Origin: the human T2T-CHM13v2.0 reference genome, Homo sapiens
Length of the DNA: 64,000 bases
Assembly (NCBI RefSeq): GCF_009914755.1
Contig: NC_060937.1
Reading direction: 5' to 3' (one strand)
Below the pieces are notes generated by a model. That model saw nothing but the letters and a program-made list of their open reading frames with translations, did no database searches and was not told the DNA's origin. Numbering within the stretch: position 1 is the stretch's first letter; each line of letters starts with the position of its first letter. Positions 1 through 17,249 of the stretch are shown piece by piece. Made by a program: the position numbers and the translations under genes.

Positions 1-497
<497 letters not shown>

Positions 498-867
498 TAG
501 ACTTGGTATGCTAACAATTAAGAGTGTTATAAACTATGTCTTTTCAGCCATTTTTGTGTAGTCAGTTTGGGGGAGTATGGTTTGATATACAGATACACAG
601 ATTCAGTATTCGTATACAGATTTGATATCTTGGTATACAGATTCGATATCTCTGAATCTGTATACCAAGAAATCATGTTTTAAGGGTCTCAATATATTTT
701 CAAAAAGATTATTAGTATAATAATTGAGAAATTACTGTTAAAAAGTTTTGAGTTTCTCTAGAAAATTTGAAACTCTTAACAAAACCTGCATAATACTAAC
801 TTAACTGTTTTCATATACATAGCAAGTTCAGACTCTGACTTATATGAACTTTAAAAGTTGGTTTCCG

Positions 868-1162
<295 letters not shown>

Positions 1163-1232
1163 CTACTTAGTTACACTACTTACATAGCTTCAGTTTCCTT
1201 ATCTATAAAATGCAAATAACACCTCCCATGAG

Positions 1233-1529
<297 letters not shown>

Positions 1530-1730
1530 GTGTATTTAAAGCACTTAGCAGTGAACTTGACATATAGTAGGCAGAGAGCATTCAGTAAGTGTTGGCTTGC
1601 TCCCTTTTTTTCATTTAGGAAGTGATCTAAAAACAGTATTGTTAGTAAATGGTATCTTGATCTTAATGTTATGTGGACTATTTTAACTTCCCTTTTAAAT
1701 GTATATATATCTAACAACTTAGTTCAACTA

Positions 1731-2393
1731 CAGTCATGTGTCATTTGACAGGGATATATGTTCTGAGAAATAGATTGTTAGATTTCATCATTGTGGGAAC
1801 ATCATAGAGTATACTTACACAAACCTAGGTGGTATAGCCTACTATATACCTAGGCTGTATGGTATAGCTTATTGCTCCTAGGCTGCAAACCTATACAGCA
1901 TGTTACTGTCCTGAATACTCTAGGCAGTTTTAACACAGTGGCAAGCATTTGTGTATGTGAACATAGAAAAGGTACAGTAAAAATACGGTATTAAAATCTT
2001 ATGGGGCTGGGCTCAGTGGCTCATGCCTGTAATCCCAGCACTTTGGGAGGCTGAGGCAGGCGGATCACCTGAGGTCAGGAGTTTGAGACCAGCCTGGCCA
2101 ACATGGTAAAACCTTGTCTCTACTAAAAATATAAAAATTAGCTGGGCATGGTGGTGGCACACGCCTGTAATCCCAGCTACTAGGGAAGTTGAAGCAGGAG
2201 AATCACTTGAACCCTGGAGGCAGAGATTTCAGTGAGCCAAGATCGCACCACTGCACTCCTGCCTGGGCGACAGAGCAAGACTCCATCTGAAAAAAAAAAA
2301 AAATCTTATGGGACCACTATTAAAGTCTTATAGGATGACCATTGCATATGTGGTCTATTGTTGACCAAAATGTCATTATGTGGCAAATGACTG
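1731..2393. mobile_element. Tigger3/MER7-like DNA transposon, interrupted by a + Alu at about 2005-2300
   Basis: Ends CAGTCAT...ATGACTG; Alu flanked by TSD aaatcttatggg. Confidence 0.7.
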
Positions 2394-3742
2394 CATTAGG
2401 TTAACCTTATACATACCTATATTAGGTATGTATTTGGTTTTGTTTTTTTGTGTGTGTTTTTTTCTATTAGTGTATCTGACTGGTAATAATCTTAAATAAT
2501 TGAATCTGTTTGTTAGTTGCAATTAAAGCAAATGCCAAAACTCCAACATTTCAGTGGATAATCTTAAATAACTAGTTCCTTTTTAAAAAACCTATAAACT
2601 CATAAAAATATTTTAGTTATTAGAACTCTTCCTGTCTAGACCCCATGTATTACAGAGAGACACCGAAGTTAGTCTCCTCATTCAAAAAGTGCCTTTTGCC
2701 CCTAAGTCATTCTGGTGGATACAGATTTACTTAATCAAGTGTTGTCCAGGTCACATTCAATATAGGATTTACTTTATGGACAAAGTAGTACGTTTATAGT
2801 ACTTAAACTATTTGCTGTCCTTTAGTGTGAAATTCTGAGGTATATATGCTTAAAGATATTTGTAATTCTTTTGTGGAAAATAATGGCTTTATTTATAGCA
2901 ACCCATTCTGTTCTTGTGCATACTGAAGTATATTGACTTTCCACCTAGGGAAAAAAAAAACAATAACTCAGACTTGTAAATGCTTTCAACGGTGTTACTA
3001 CTTAATTTCCCTCATTTCTGTAACATATAAGTGTATAACTTAGTCAGCTTCTGGTTACTGGAACAGTACAGGTCACTGTTAAACAATTAAACCACTTTTA
3101 TAATAATCTAACACCTCCTAAAGCCTTGCATGGACATTTTTACTTATTAAATTATACAAATTTATTCCCTGTAATAAAGCATCAAAAAGCAAAGTACCTG
3201 TTATATATTATCTCAGCATGACATGGAAATGCCTACCTTGAATTATGGTTTAATCTTACCCTCTTAGCCTCTGTAGAATTTTTAAATAAGAATTGTTTCT
3301 ATTACTAGTACTTTAATGTAATTTGATAATTGTAAAAAGCCTCTTAACTCTAATTCAAGGACCTACATAATAAATTACTCCTTCAGTTAATGGCTGCCCC
3401 CGTGCTGAAAAAAAAAAAAAAAAGAGAGAAAAAGTTTATTTGAAGAAATTTTGTTAGGCCTTATTGCCAGTAAACCTAGAGTTATATTTAGTGTCAGTTT
3501 TTCAAAAAGTAGCTTATCTGTGGTATCTGGTAGCATCTGTTTATCCTATTTAGGATTTATCCTGTTTAGACCCTGTTAAATAGTGGTGTTTTAAAGTGGT
3601 CAAAACAGAACAAAAATGTAATTGACATTGAAGACTGACTTTACTCTTTCAAACATTAGGTCACTATTTGTTGTAAGTATTTTTGTTTAACATTTAAAGA
3701 GTCAATACTTTAGCTTTAAAAAAATGGTCTATAGACTTTTGA

Positions 3743-3931
<189 letters not shown>

Positions 3932-4019
3932 TAGGTATGGTATATAATATTCTGACCTCAGGTGATCCACCTGCCTCTCAAAGTGCTGGGATTACAGACA
4001 TGAGCCACTGTGCCTAATC

Positions 4020-4700
4020 AAGGACCTCTTTATACTCTTAAAAATTACTGAGGACCTAAAAGAGCATTTGTTTATGTGGAATATATCTATTGATATTTAC
4101 CATATTAGAAATGTAAATTGATTAATGTTAAAATTAGTAATATTATGCGTTGGTCATTTGGAAGATATGAGTTCACTGAGTTATGCGGATCTTCCGAAAG
4201 TTGACAGTTTTATTATGCAGTATTAAACAATCACTTTCATTGATGCCATTACCGATCAGAAAAGTTTAAGTAGTAGAAAGCTGTCAAGCTTACAGAGCCA
4301 GATACAAGCTTCCCAAAAATTCTGATTTTCATCTAAAAGCTTGAATTTTTCCCCGGCAATAAGTATTGTCACTTATTTTTCTTGTAGGTGACAAGCTTAT
4401 TTTCATTCATTTTTGAAAAGATGTCTGCCGAATACCCAAGTCTGAATAACTATAGTTTGTTGGTTATTCTTTCAAGTAAAAGGTATTTCATGAAAAAATA
4501 GCTAGTATAGCTCACAACTCAATCATTTAAGTGTGTTTTCTTGAGAAACGCACTGAAGTATGCAAGCATAATATACCAACAGTACAAATATCAACAGTGA
4601 AAAGGACATACATAACATTTTACTAATAAGACAGTTTTGACAGCTTGGATTCCCTAAAATGGTTGTAGATACCTAACAGGATTCCACTGATCATTTCTTG
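4020..4700. mobile_element. Charlie1-like hAT DNA transposon fossil
   Basis: Motif ggacctctttatactcttaaaaattactgaggacc recalled from the Charlie1 consensus; boundaries approximate. Confidence 0.5.
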
Positions 4701-4822
4701 AGAATCATTGTCCTATAATATATACATAATAATCTAAATTTACAATATCAGTATTAACTACTGACAATAAAACTACTAAGGAAAATGTAAGAATTGTTTG
4801 CAGTTTTTGTCCTTAGAGTATA

Positions 4823-5162
4823 TAGGTTGAGTATCCCTATCTGAAATGCTTGGGACCAGGACTATTTCAGATTTCAGATTTTTTCAGATTTTGAAATGCT
4901 TGCATATACAATACATAATGAGATATCTGGGGATAGGACTCAAGTCTAAACACGAAATTTATTTAAGTTTCATAAACACCTTATACATATAACTTAAATG
5001 TAATTTTATACAATATTTTAAATAATTTTTGCATAAGACAATTTAAATTGTGATCCATCACATGAGGTCAGATGTGGAATTTTCTACTGGCCTCATGTTG
5101 GCACTCAAAAAGTTTCAGATTTGTGACCATTTTGGATTTTCAGATTAGGGATACTCAACCCA
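4823..5162. mobile_element. Tigger4/MER46-like MITE
   Basis: Perfect 15-bp terminal inverted repeats GGTTGAGTATCCCTA (4825-4839) and TAGGGATACTCAACC (5146-5160). Confidence 0.75.
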
Positions 5163-6066
5163 TATATTATTAAGAATGTTTAGTCAAAATACTGTGTTCA
5201 AATGTCACTCAAAATAATTCTTCCGGATGTGGTTACCAATTTGATAATTAGGTTACATTCCTTTTTTTCCATTTGTTTTCAATTTTAGGATTTGTCTTTT
5301 CTTATTTAATTTTACATTTGAATAAATAAAACATTACATAGTTCATTCATCAGAACTACAAAAAGGTATACTTAGAGTTTTTATTCACCCACCTCTTGCT
5401 TACTATAGGTAATCTTTTTTAGTGTTTTTTTTTCAGGATTCTGTTTAATAAAAATAAGCAAATACATGTATATACTCATTACCCTTTCTTACTCAAAAGA
5501 TACAGTATATACACCATTTTGCACCTTGTTTATTGGTTGTTGTTTACTTAAGAATTATTTGGAGATGACTCCTTAATGAGTATATAGAGATCGTCCTCAT
5601 TCTTTTTTGTGGTTACATAGTAGTTGATCATCTGGCTGTGTCAGTGTTTCCTAGTTTATTTAACCAATTTCCAACTAGTGGACTTATTGAAGATTTAATT
5701 AGGTTCCAGTTACATACTGAAAATGAACAATATCTAAAGCTTAGCTTTTAAACCTTCATAAGACTAAATTTTAAATTTGGTATTTGCATCAGAAATTAGC
5801 TAACACCTTTGAGTTATGATGGTTAACATCAACTGACTAAATTTATGCTGATTTCTGTTGTATGCTTGTACTGTGAGTTATTTGGTGCATAGTCATTATC
5901 AATTTGTGAATCAATTTATTTTCATAGTTAACATTTATTGAGCATCCGTTACATTCACTGAAAATTGTAAAGCCTATAATTGTCTCAAATTTTTTGTGTA
6001 TTTACAGTAACATGGATATTCTCTTAGATTTTAACTAATATGTAATATAAAATAATTGTTTCCTAG

Positions 6067-6136
6067 GCACAATAAAAGATCGAAGATTGTTTATGCATCA
6101 TGTTTCTTTAGAGCCGATTACCTGTGTACCCTTTCG
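6067..6136 (+). CDS. BRCA2: BRCA2 exon 13 (70 nt)
   Basis: tttcctag|GCACAATA...CTTTCG|gtaaga; encodes TIKDRRLFMHHVSLEPITCVPF. Confidence 0.97.
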
Positions 6137-6559
6137 GTAAGACATGTTTAAATTTTTCTAAATTCTAATACAGTATGAGAAAAGTCTCGTTTTTATAAAT
6201 GAACATTTCTAAAAATAATGACACTAACGTTAAGAAGTTAACACTTCCCGTTTTATAAAATTTATAAAATACTTTGGTAGTATTTTATAGTGCTGTTCAT
6301 ATCATTATTTTATTTTTTAATTTTATGACAGCTTTGTAAAGTAGACAGATTTTATTCTAATTTTATGGATGAAGTACTAAGGTTGAGAGGAATTAAGGAA
6401 ATTGCTCCGAATCAGTTAACAAAAAGATTGCAGATATTAAAAATATCCTTTTATCTCTCCTCTCTAAACCTTTAAAAAAGTACTAAGATAGTTTTTTTAA
6501 TGTATAATTCCCAAGGACAATGATGAGAAGAAACAACAAAAGTTTGGAAGCCAAAAACA

Positions 6560-8150
6560 TAAAGGATTTAGTAAGCATGAGAAAGCTAAAACCTGACACT
6601 AGAGCAAACAGAGATGCTTTCCCCTAAAAAACCTGAAAAAGATTCAAATTGGCAGCAACAGGTACTTCTGAAGGTGAAGTAGAAAATAGGAAGATTAGTT
6701 GAAATTCTTTTTAAGAAACATCTATATTTCCTCCCCCACTGCAAATAGGCGGTTATCCTTCTTCTGCCAGGAAATCAGAAGGTTGTTCTTGAAAAAGATG
6801 AATTGAGAGGATTCTGAATTGAAGGTGGGCTGGAGGGAGGGGACACCAGGCACAATTGAGGGAAAGATACTAAAATGAAAGATCAGATACAAATCTGTAT
6901 GTCAAGCAGTGAGACCTAGCTCCTTCCCACACTTGGTTCCCAAATGCAGGCCCTCTAGGCATGAGACTGGAAGATTTTTTTTTCCTAGGGAATATGCCTG
7001 ACCCAATAGAAAAGACCAAAAAATACTGACAGTTGAGGATACTCAGATGAAACAGTATAGCCAGTCACCAGACCAGGAAGTTAACTGTTGACATGCACAG
7101 AGCTTCCAGGAAGCTACTTAGTGCTTCACTTTTAAATAAGAAAAGATAGTCAAAGATAACTAGTCATTGGAAGAAAGCTACTATGAAACATAGTCACCAA
7201 AGTACAAAATCCATAGCAGAAAGGAACCTAGAGGAAATCGACTATGAAAACTTCATAAAAACCTACTAATATTCTCAGGTAAGAAAAGAAAAAATGGCCG
7301 TAAAATAAGAACAAGTTGCTATAAAAAGCTCTTAGAAATTAAAAATATGATAGCACAAATAAATTAACTCAGTAGAAATAATGGAAGAATCATGAAAGTT
7401 CCCAGAATACAGAATAAAATGAAAAAAGGTATGAAAAGTCAATTCTGTGGATCTATCATCTGAAAATACAGAGTTTGAGAAGGAAGGCACAGAAGAGAAA
7501 TGAAGAAAGAAATTTTAAAATAAATACATAATTTTAAAAGTTCTACTAGTACTGAAGGACATGAGTTTCCTTAATTAAAAGGGCCCACTGAGTGAGCACA
7601 CAAGTAAAAATGACCCACAGTAAGGCACATCCTTGTGAATTTTTAGAATAATAGAGGCAGACAGGAACCTTAAATTCATTAGAGGACCAAGAAGTTAGGT
7701 TTCAAATTGTTTCAAGCCATAATAGTATGAATTCTCTTATTATCAACAATGGAATCTAGAAGACTGTAGATCTTATATAATACAGAGAAGTGCCTTCAAA
7801 ATACTGAGAGAAAATGATTTCCAACCTAGAATCTGAATTAAGTGTGAGGGTAGACATTTTTCAGATGTGAAGTACTAAAAGATCTCTTGTGCGCTTTTCT
7901 CAGGAAACTAACCAAAACAAATGCATACACCAAGAAGGAGGAAGGTATAGGACTTAAGAAATAAGAATTCAACATAGAAGAGAGGCAAAGGGAGCTTTCA
8001 GGATGATATTGAAGGGAGATCCCAGAGTAGCTGTGTTGCTAAGTCTAGAAAGGCAGCTAGACTACTTTGGAACTGAAGAAGATAAGAGACTTTGGAAGAG
8101 TTTGCCTTCAAGATAAAAATAAAGCAGTACCTGCATGTTTTAATGTATTA
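6560..8150 (+). mobile_element. Ancient L1 fragment (ORF1 region)
   Basis: A-rich + strand with L1 ORF1-like motif gccttcaaaatactgagagaaaatgatttccaacctagaat. Confidence 0.45.
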
Positions 8151-8180
8151 GGAAACTTCTTAGTAAAGATGGTGAATTGA

Positions 8181-8479
8181 GGCCAGGCACAGTGGCTTAC
8201 ACCTGTAATCCAGCACATTGGGAGGCTGAGGTGGGTAGATCACTTGAGGCCAGGAGTTCGAGACTAGCCTGGCCAACATGGTAAAATCCCATCTCTACTG
8301 AAAATACAAAAATTAGCCAGGCGTGGTGGCACACGCCTGTAATCCCAGCTACTCCAGAGGCTGAGGCACAAGAACCGCTTGAACCTTTGAGGTGGAGGTT
8401 GTGGTAAAATTGCACCACTGCACTTCAGCCTGGGTGACAGAGTGAGACTCTGTCTCAAAAAAAAAAAAAAAAAAAAAAA
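8181..8479 (+). mobile_element. Alu
   Basis: Alu consensus with A tail; TSD aaagatggtgaattga. Confidence 0.9.
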
Positions 8480-8793
8480 GATGGTGAATTGAACATACTC
8501 ATATCCTTTCTTTGCCTTCCAAACTTTTACCAAAACATCATTGAAGAAACTTACACACACACAAAAAAAAAACAAGGAAAATAGGAAATAACAAAGTAAC
8601 TAAATTTCTCAAAGCATGCAGAAGGAAACTGAATGAAAGCTGGTGGTGGGGACAGCAGAGAACCAACGATTTTACACTCAGGTCTCAAAAGACTAGGAAT
8701 TGGTGGCTTCATTTCTTATCTTTAGAATTGGGTGGTGCAGAAGGAGGGAGCCAAAATGGAATAAGTTGAAATTATGTTTAAGAAGCAATACTC

Positions 8794-9141
<348 letters not shown>

Positions 9142-9708
9142 TTATTCTCCAGAGAGGATACAGTAGAAGGTGAACACACTAGGCACAGTTGAAGGCAGAA
9201 GCAACTACTTGAAAGCAAGAAGAAGTTAATATATGCATATTGAATGTTGGGATCTCCCCTCACCAAGCCCTTTTCCACCACTCAGCTTCCAGAACATAGA
9301 CAGCTAAGTTTTCACTAGTGGAAGTTTCCATTTAATCAAGCTACTGTGTAGCTTGCAGTCAACAAGTTCTATCTTTGTACCAAGTGCTTCAAAACAGCCT
9401 TTTGGTCCCTCACTCTTAACTATAAACAGACATCCAAAGATTATGAGACATCAGAAAAAGCAAAAATAAAATAACCAAAAAACACATTAATGAAAACAAC
9501 TTAGAAGAAACATTATTCAAGGAGAAGAAAAAATGTTTTTTTAAAAACTATAATTTGTGAACAGAATGAAAAGAGGTTTATATATATAGCTAAGAGTTTA
9601 GATGTGAATAAACAGTAAGTACATAGAAAATAAGCAGATTTTAAAAATTAACTCAAGAGAAAGCAAAAGTTGTAAAGGAAGTACACTATTTATATACTAC
9701 CCATTAAT

Positions 9709-10030
9709 GGCCGGGTGTGGTGGTTCACGCCTGTAATCCCAGCACTTTGGGAGGCCGAGGCGGGTGGATCACAAGGTCAGGAGATCGAGACCATCCTGGC
9801 TAACATGGTGAAACCCCATCTCTACTAAAAATAACAAAACAAAATTAGCCAGACGTAGTGGTGGGCGCCTGTAGTCCCAGCTACTTGGGAGGCTGAGGCA
9901 GGAGAATGGCATCAACCCAGGAGGCGGAGCTTTCAGTGAGCCGAGATTGCACCACTGCACTCCAGCCTGGGCGAGAGAGCGAGACTCTGTCTCAAAAAAA
10001 AAACAACAAAATAAAAAAATAAAATAAAAT
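9709..10030 (+). mobile_element. AluY-like
   Basis: GAGATCGAGACCATCCTGGCTAAC diagnostic; A-rich tail. Confidence 0.85.
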
Positions 10031-10099
10031 ATACTGCCTATTAATACTACATATACTTTATACTGACTTAGCCGTAATGTAAATGTTGAACATTGATAG

Positions 10100-10773
10100 T
10101 GAGAGGTGAAGCTGGCTGGGCTTCTGGGTCGTGTGGGGACTTGGAGAACTTTTCTGTCCGGCTAAAGGATTGTAAACACACCAATCAGCGCTCTGTGTCT
10201 AGCTAAAGGTTTGTAAACGCACCGGTCAGCACTCTGTGTCTAGCTAAAGGTTTGTAAATGCACCAATCAGCACTCTGTAAAATAGACCAATCAGCAGGAC
10301 GTGGGCGGGGCCAAATAAGGGAATAAAAGCTGGCCACCTGAGCCAGCCCCAGCAGCCGCTCGGCTCCACTTCCATGCCATGGAATCTTTGTTTTTTCACT
10401 CTTTGCAATGAATCTTGCTGCTGCTCACTCTTTAGTGAGCACTACCTTTATGAGCTGTAACACTCACCACGAAGGTCTGCGGCTTCACTCCTGAAGTCAG
10501 CAAGACCACGAACCCACCAGGAAGAAGAAACAACCCTGTACGTGCCATCTTTGAGAGCTGTAACACTCACTGGGAAGGTCTGCGGCTTCACTCCTGAAGT
10601 CAGCAAGACCACAAACCCACCAGAAAGAAGAAACTCTGGACACATCTGAACATCAGGAAGAACAAACTCGGGACACACTATCTTTAAGAACTGTAACACC
10701 ATGAGGGTCCACAGCTTCATTCTTGAAGTCAGCAAGACCAAGAACCCACCAGAAGGAACCAATTCCGGACACA
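10100..10773 (+). mobile_element. Solo LTR12-family (ERV9) LTR in intron 13
   Basis: TG...CA ends; about 41-bp CCAAT-containing repeats (gctaaagg..gtaaa..caccaatcagc); about 79-bp U5 repeats; flanks ATAG/GTAG fit a degenerate 4-bp TSD. Confidence 0.85.
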
Positions 10774-11007
10774 GTAGAATTAAATACGTAATTTAGGAAG
10801 ATGAAAGGCAAGAGTGTGTGTGTAGTAAGGTAGAAGCTGTGTTGACAGAGCTGAATTTTCATTTTCTGTAGGGGTACTTCAAGAGAAAAAGTCAAGAAGA
10901 AACATGTCACTTAGACATATAAATATGATAAAATCATCTAAAACTGTTTAAAGTAGTTGCAAAATCTTTTCTAGCTGATAAATTTTTAAGCCTAAAAATA
11001 TCATTGA

Positions 11008-11341
<334 letters not shown>

Positions 11342-14075
11342 TAATGTTACCTTTTCAAAAACACCTGATTGTGGAATTGTTGAAGTCACTGAGTTGTATT
11401 TCTGGAATGTGTTTTTTAGCAGGCTGCACATACACATATGTAGAAAGCCAGGTGATTTTTTTTTCATTTCTTTTTTTTTTATCAAAAACAGTTGTATTAA
11501 ATAAGAAAGGAAATACGTATTTACCCGTGTATTACCTTAATTTATGTGTAAAATGGGAGAATAGTTTAATGTATTTAACAAACAAACATTTGTTAAAGTA
11601 CCTGCTCAAACTACCTAATATATACTATAGTGAAAGATATAAGGATAAATAAGTCTAACTCAGATTGCTAGCCTGGGAACCAGACATGAAAACAAGAATT
11701 ATAATGTAATATAAATTCTAGAATAGATGTAAAAAGTGATCTAAGAACATAGAAAAATTATCAGCTAATCACATGACTGCTCAATGGGAAAAGTACTTCA
11801 GACAGAATGTAAAGAATGCTTGGTTAAAGATGGCATTCCAAATCTTGGAATTTGGTTGGGGGACAGAGGGAAACAAAAAGAAATGGGGAGGTTAGGACCA
11901 AATAGGAAGCTTCCTGTATGTCATTTCTGATAAGTTGAAACCTAGGTAGGTGATAGGCTGTCTTTGGAAGTTTCTAACAAGAGGAACAAAATAAGATTGG
12001 TGTTTTAGAAGTATACCAAAGCAAAACTGTTGCAAGGAGATTAGTAAATACAGGTCTTAACCTAGCAGAGGAGGTAGAGGGTAGAGAATGATTGAGATAG
12101 AAATTCAGTAGATTTGGCCAAATAGTGATAAGTTGAGACTGGCAAATTATTTCCACTTAGATTTAAATAGATATCTTGAGCATAACCTACAAGGCAAACT
12201 CCTTATACTAAAAATATTCTGAATATTTAAAAAGAAAGGATTAAAAGATCAATCAATAGAAGTTTGGGGACAGAAGGTTTATTCATTCTTGTGCATTAGA
12301 TCTCATCTAGATCACCTGTTTGAAGAAATCATTCCAGCAATTATCTTGTCTCTCTCCTGCATGGATTTTTTTCCTAATAGATTGTTCTCATCACCCTAAG
12401 CAGTTGTTGTACATCTCTCATCTTAAAAAGAACAGCCTTTCTTAAGTAATCTCAACAGTCCATTTTCTTCTCTTAAAGCCCAACTCATTAGAATTGTCCC
12501 TCCTCTTTTCACTTATCTCTTTGAGTACTCTCCTGAACCCAGTCTAGTCAGTCCTTTCAGTAGAACTGGTCCCCCTGCTTACCTCCCTACTCCTCAATAC
12601 ACAGTGAATTCTCAACAAAGAAGCCGGGGGATCCTTTTAAACATAAGACAGATTATGTCATTTCTTTACTCAGAACTATTCCGTGGTGTGCCATCTCAGA
12701 GTAGAGACTAAAAGCCCTTGTCATGGTGTACAGATTCTTCATGATCTGGCTGCTTTGCTATTTTTCCAGTCTGACCTTCTAATGTTCCCCTTGCTCTCCT
12801 TGCTCCAGGCACACTTGTGTCTAGGCCAATCGACATATTTGTTTGTCTGTTTCCTTCCACTGAAATATACATGCAAAAACAAAATTTTGTTACCGTGTTC
12901 CCCAGCAAAACAATGTCTGGCACCTGGTAGGAATTCATTAAATAGTTGATGGATGGGCGAACGGATAACTAAAGGAACAACTTCAAGTTCCAGGTATCCA
13001 GGGTTTGGTAAAAGGAAATCTGGGGTTTTCAACAAGATATCAAGTATTAGGAAGACCACGTATGCTGAGAAAGATGATCACTTTTGGACATGTTGAGTTT
13101 GAAATGAGTGTGAAACATCAAGGTACAGATGTCTGATGCTATATGTAGTGTAAAATGTAGGAACAACCCTAGGAGAAAAATCGGGCATGAGGATAAAGGA
13201 TATTTTCATTGTTAGGTGATAATTTAAGCAATGGAAATGACTCACATTAGCAAGGGAAAGTGTCTAAGGAAGACATCCAGTTTTGGAGACTTTTTTTGAG
13301 GAATCAGGAAGAGGTAAAACCAGTAAAAGATGAAAGAGGTACAGTGATGGTGAGAATTTTAAAAGAAGGAAAATGTAAACTGTCATAGCTATTAGGAAAG
13401 TTGAGTAGAATGAGTTTGCGCGCATCCCACATGCATCTGGGAGGTCATTAACAACTTTATTGAGAACAGTTTCTGTAGAGTAGTGGGAGAAATGAGAGTT
13501 TATTGAGTAGAGATTGAGGAAGTGAAAATAGCTACATTACCTATTGAAGAAGGTTGACTGTGGAGTGTAACAGTGAGTATTAGCTTGAGGCAGAGATAAA
13601 GGTGAGTGAGAAAATAAGAGTTTCAAAGGTAGGCAAGATTTTTGGGCTAAATAAAAAGGGCACTTTAAAAAAGGTATAAATAGGTAGAAGAGAGAAAAGG
13701 GAGCGAGGTGGGATAATTGAAAGAGGGGATCTCCTGTGGAGACTGAGGTATTAGGCGGAGTAGAGAGTTCAGGTGAAGATGTGAAGGTGAGAGAAGAGGA
13801 TGGGTAGACATTTCCCTGGTGAAGGAGGTAAGGAGTACTATGATGGAATTAGAGGGGACACACTGAGAGGGTCCACACTTGACAGACTCTCTTCTATTAT
13901 GTGTTATGTGAGGTAGATTGTAAAGTCAAAGGCTAGCCTTGAAAAATGTGATATTGTTTTGGAATGGCAACCATGGTGAATACAAAACAGTTACCAGAAT
14001 AGTATCACCATGTAGCAAATGAGGGTCTGCAACAAAGGCATATTCCTAAATATTTATATGTGTACTAGTCAATAA

Positions 14076-14537
<462 letters not shown>

Positions 14538-14783
14538 TGACAATTTGTGTGATGAATTTTTGCCTTTCAGTTAGATATTTCCGTTGTTAAATAATGTCCT
14601 GATGGTTTTCCCCCTTTGGTGGTGGTAATTTTAAAGCCCTTTTTAATGTTTTAGATTTTCTAAATCCAAAGATTAGGTTTAAATTATTCTAATGTTTCTT
14701 TCAAAGATAACTTCTTGTGGACTTGTTAAAAAAAATTAGACACACAATCTAGGACTGCTGTTACTGGAATATATTTTCTATCA

Positions 14784-15200
<417 letters not shown>

Positions 15201-15287
15201 TTAAAAGGGGTACCCTTTTTAGAGAAAAGGAGAGCATGTAAACTTCGAGGAAATTGATATGTATAATTTTATAAAACAGGGCTTGCG

Positions 15288-15610
<323 letters not shown>

Positions 15611-15628
15611 AGGGGTTGTGCTTTTTAA

Positions 15629-15871
<243 letters not shown>

Positions 15872-16982
15872 TGATGGCTTTTATGACAGAGTGTAATTTT
15901 ATTTCATTAACTAGTATCTACAAATGGCTTTGTTTAAAGAATGAACACATTAGTGCAGGAATGGATGAATGAAATCATCATATTTTCTAATTAGCCTGCA
16001 GTGGCAGCCTCTGGCCCCTTGCTAGGCCTGCCTCATCCTACTAAAGTGATCTGTGCTTCCAAATTACTACTTCTTTTCCCCCTTCAAATCTTTCTTATTT
16101 TGTCATTGTAAATGCTCTCAGCTAGGTGTTAAAGTAGTCTTACTGATATTCAAATGTGAATAACTGATAGCCCTGAACCTTCTATGAGCTATTTATATTT
16201 TCCAAAGAGGATTCTCCTTAAGCCAATATTATCTAGGTAGAATTTTAGGCAATGGAGAGGTGAAAATAATATTGATGACATTAATAGCTAACTTTGAGCA
16301 TTTTCTAGGTGTAAGATGCTCTTCTAAGCACTTCACATGCATTAGGTATATCTTGCTTAATCCTCACAGTCACCTTGAAAGAAAGGCACTGTTACTTTGT
16401 TTCCATTTTGCAAATGAGAGAACTGAAGCATAGAGAGGGTTAAGTAACTGCCCCAAAGTCACTTAACTAGTAAGTGGAAGTGCTATGATTCCAAAGCAAA
16501 GAGTCTGACTCCAGAGTCAAACTCTGAACAAACAAAAAGACACTTTGGGTTAGATATCCTGGGGTGAAAGCAAGCACTTTGAAAGTAAGCCAAGCCTGTG
16601 TACAGATCTGACCACCTGAGGTCACATTCCCTAAAATACTTAAACTTCTCCCTTTTGTTTCCCATCTAAGTTTTTGAACTTAAGAGATTTTGTAAAACAT
16701 CACATTTTTTTATCCTCACAGTACCTTCCTATGGCAGATTTAGCAGGAGGCGTATAAACGGGGTGGAAAAGGTACAGCAGACTGTGGAATGTATGGATCA
16801 TTTATATTACATTAAAATTTTTAGTTTCTAGTAAATAACTTAAATGTTTTTGTAGTGAAGATTCTAGTAGTTAATGAAAATTTTTGGTAAATTCAGTTTT
16901 GGTTTGTTATAATTGTTTTTATTGTGTGATACATGTTTACTTTAAATTGTTTTTCTTTTTTGTGTGTGTTTATTTTGTGTAG

Positions 16983-17249
<267 letters not shown>

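Noticed and set aside
3389-3432. Short GC-rich motif followed by poly(A), as a possible small-RNA retrocopy
   Set aside because: No TSD found and too short to assign
10160-10773. Regularly spaced 41-bp and 79-bp repeats that superficially resemble a CRISPR-like array
   Set aside because: No unique spacers; they are the internal tandem repeats of an LTR12/ERV9 LTR in a human intron
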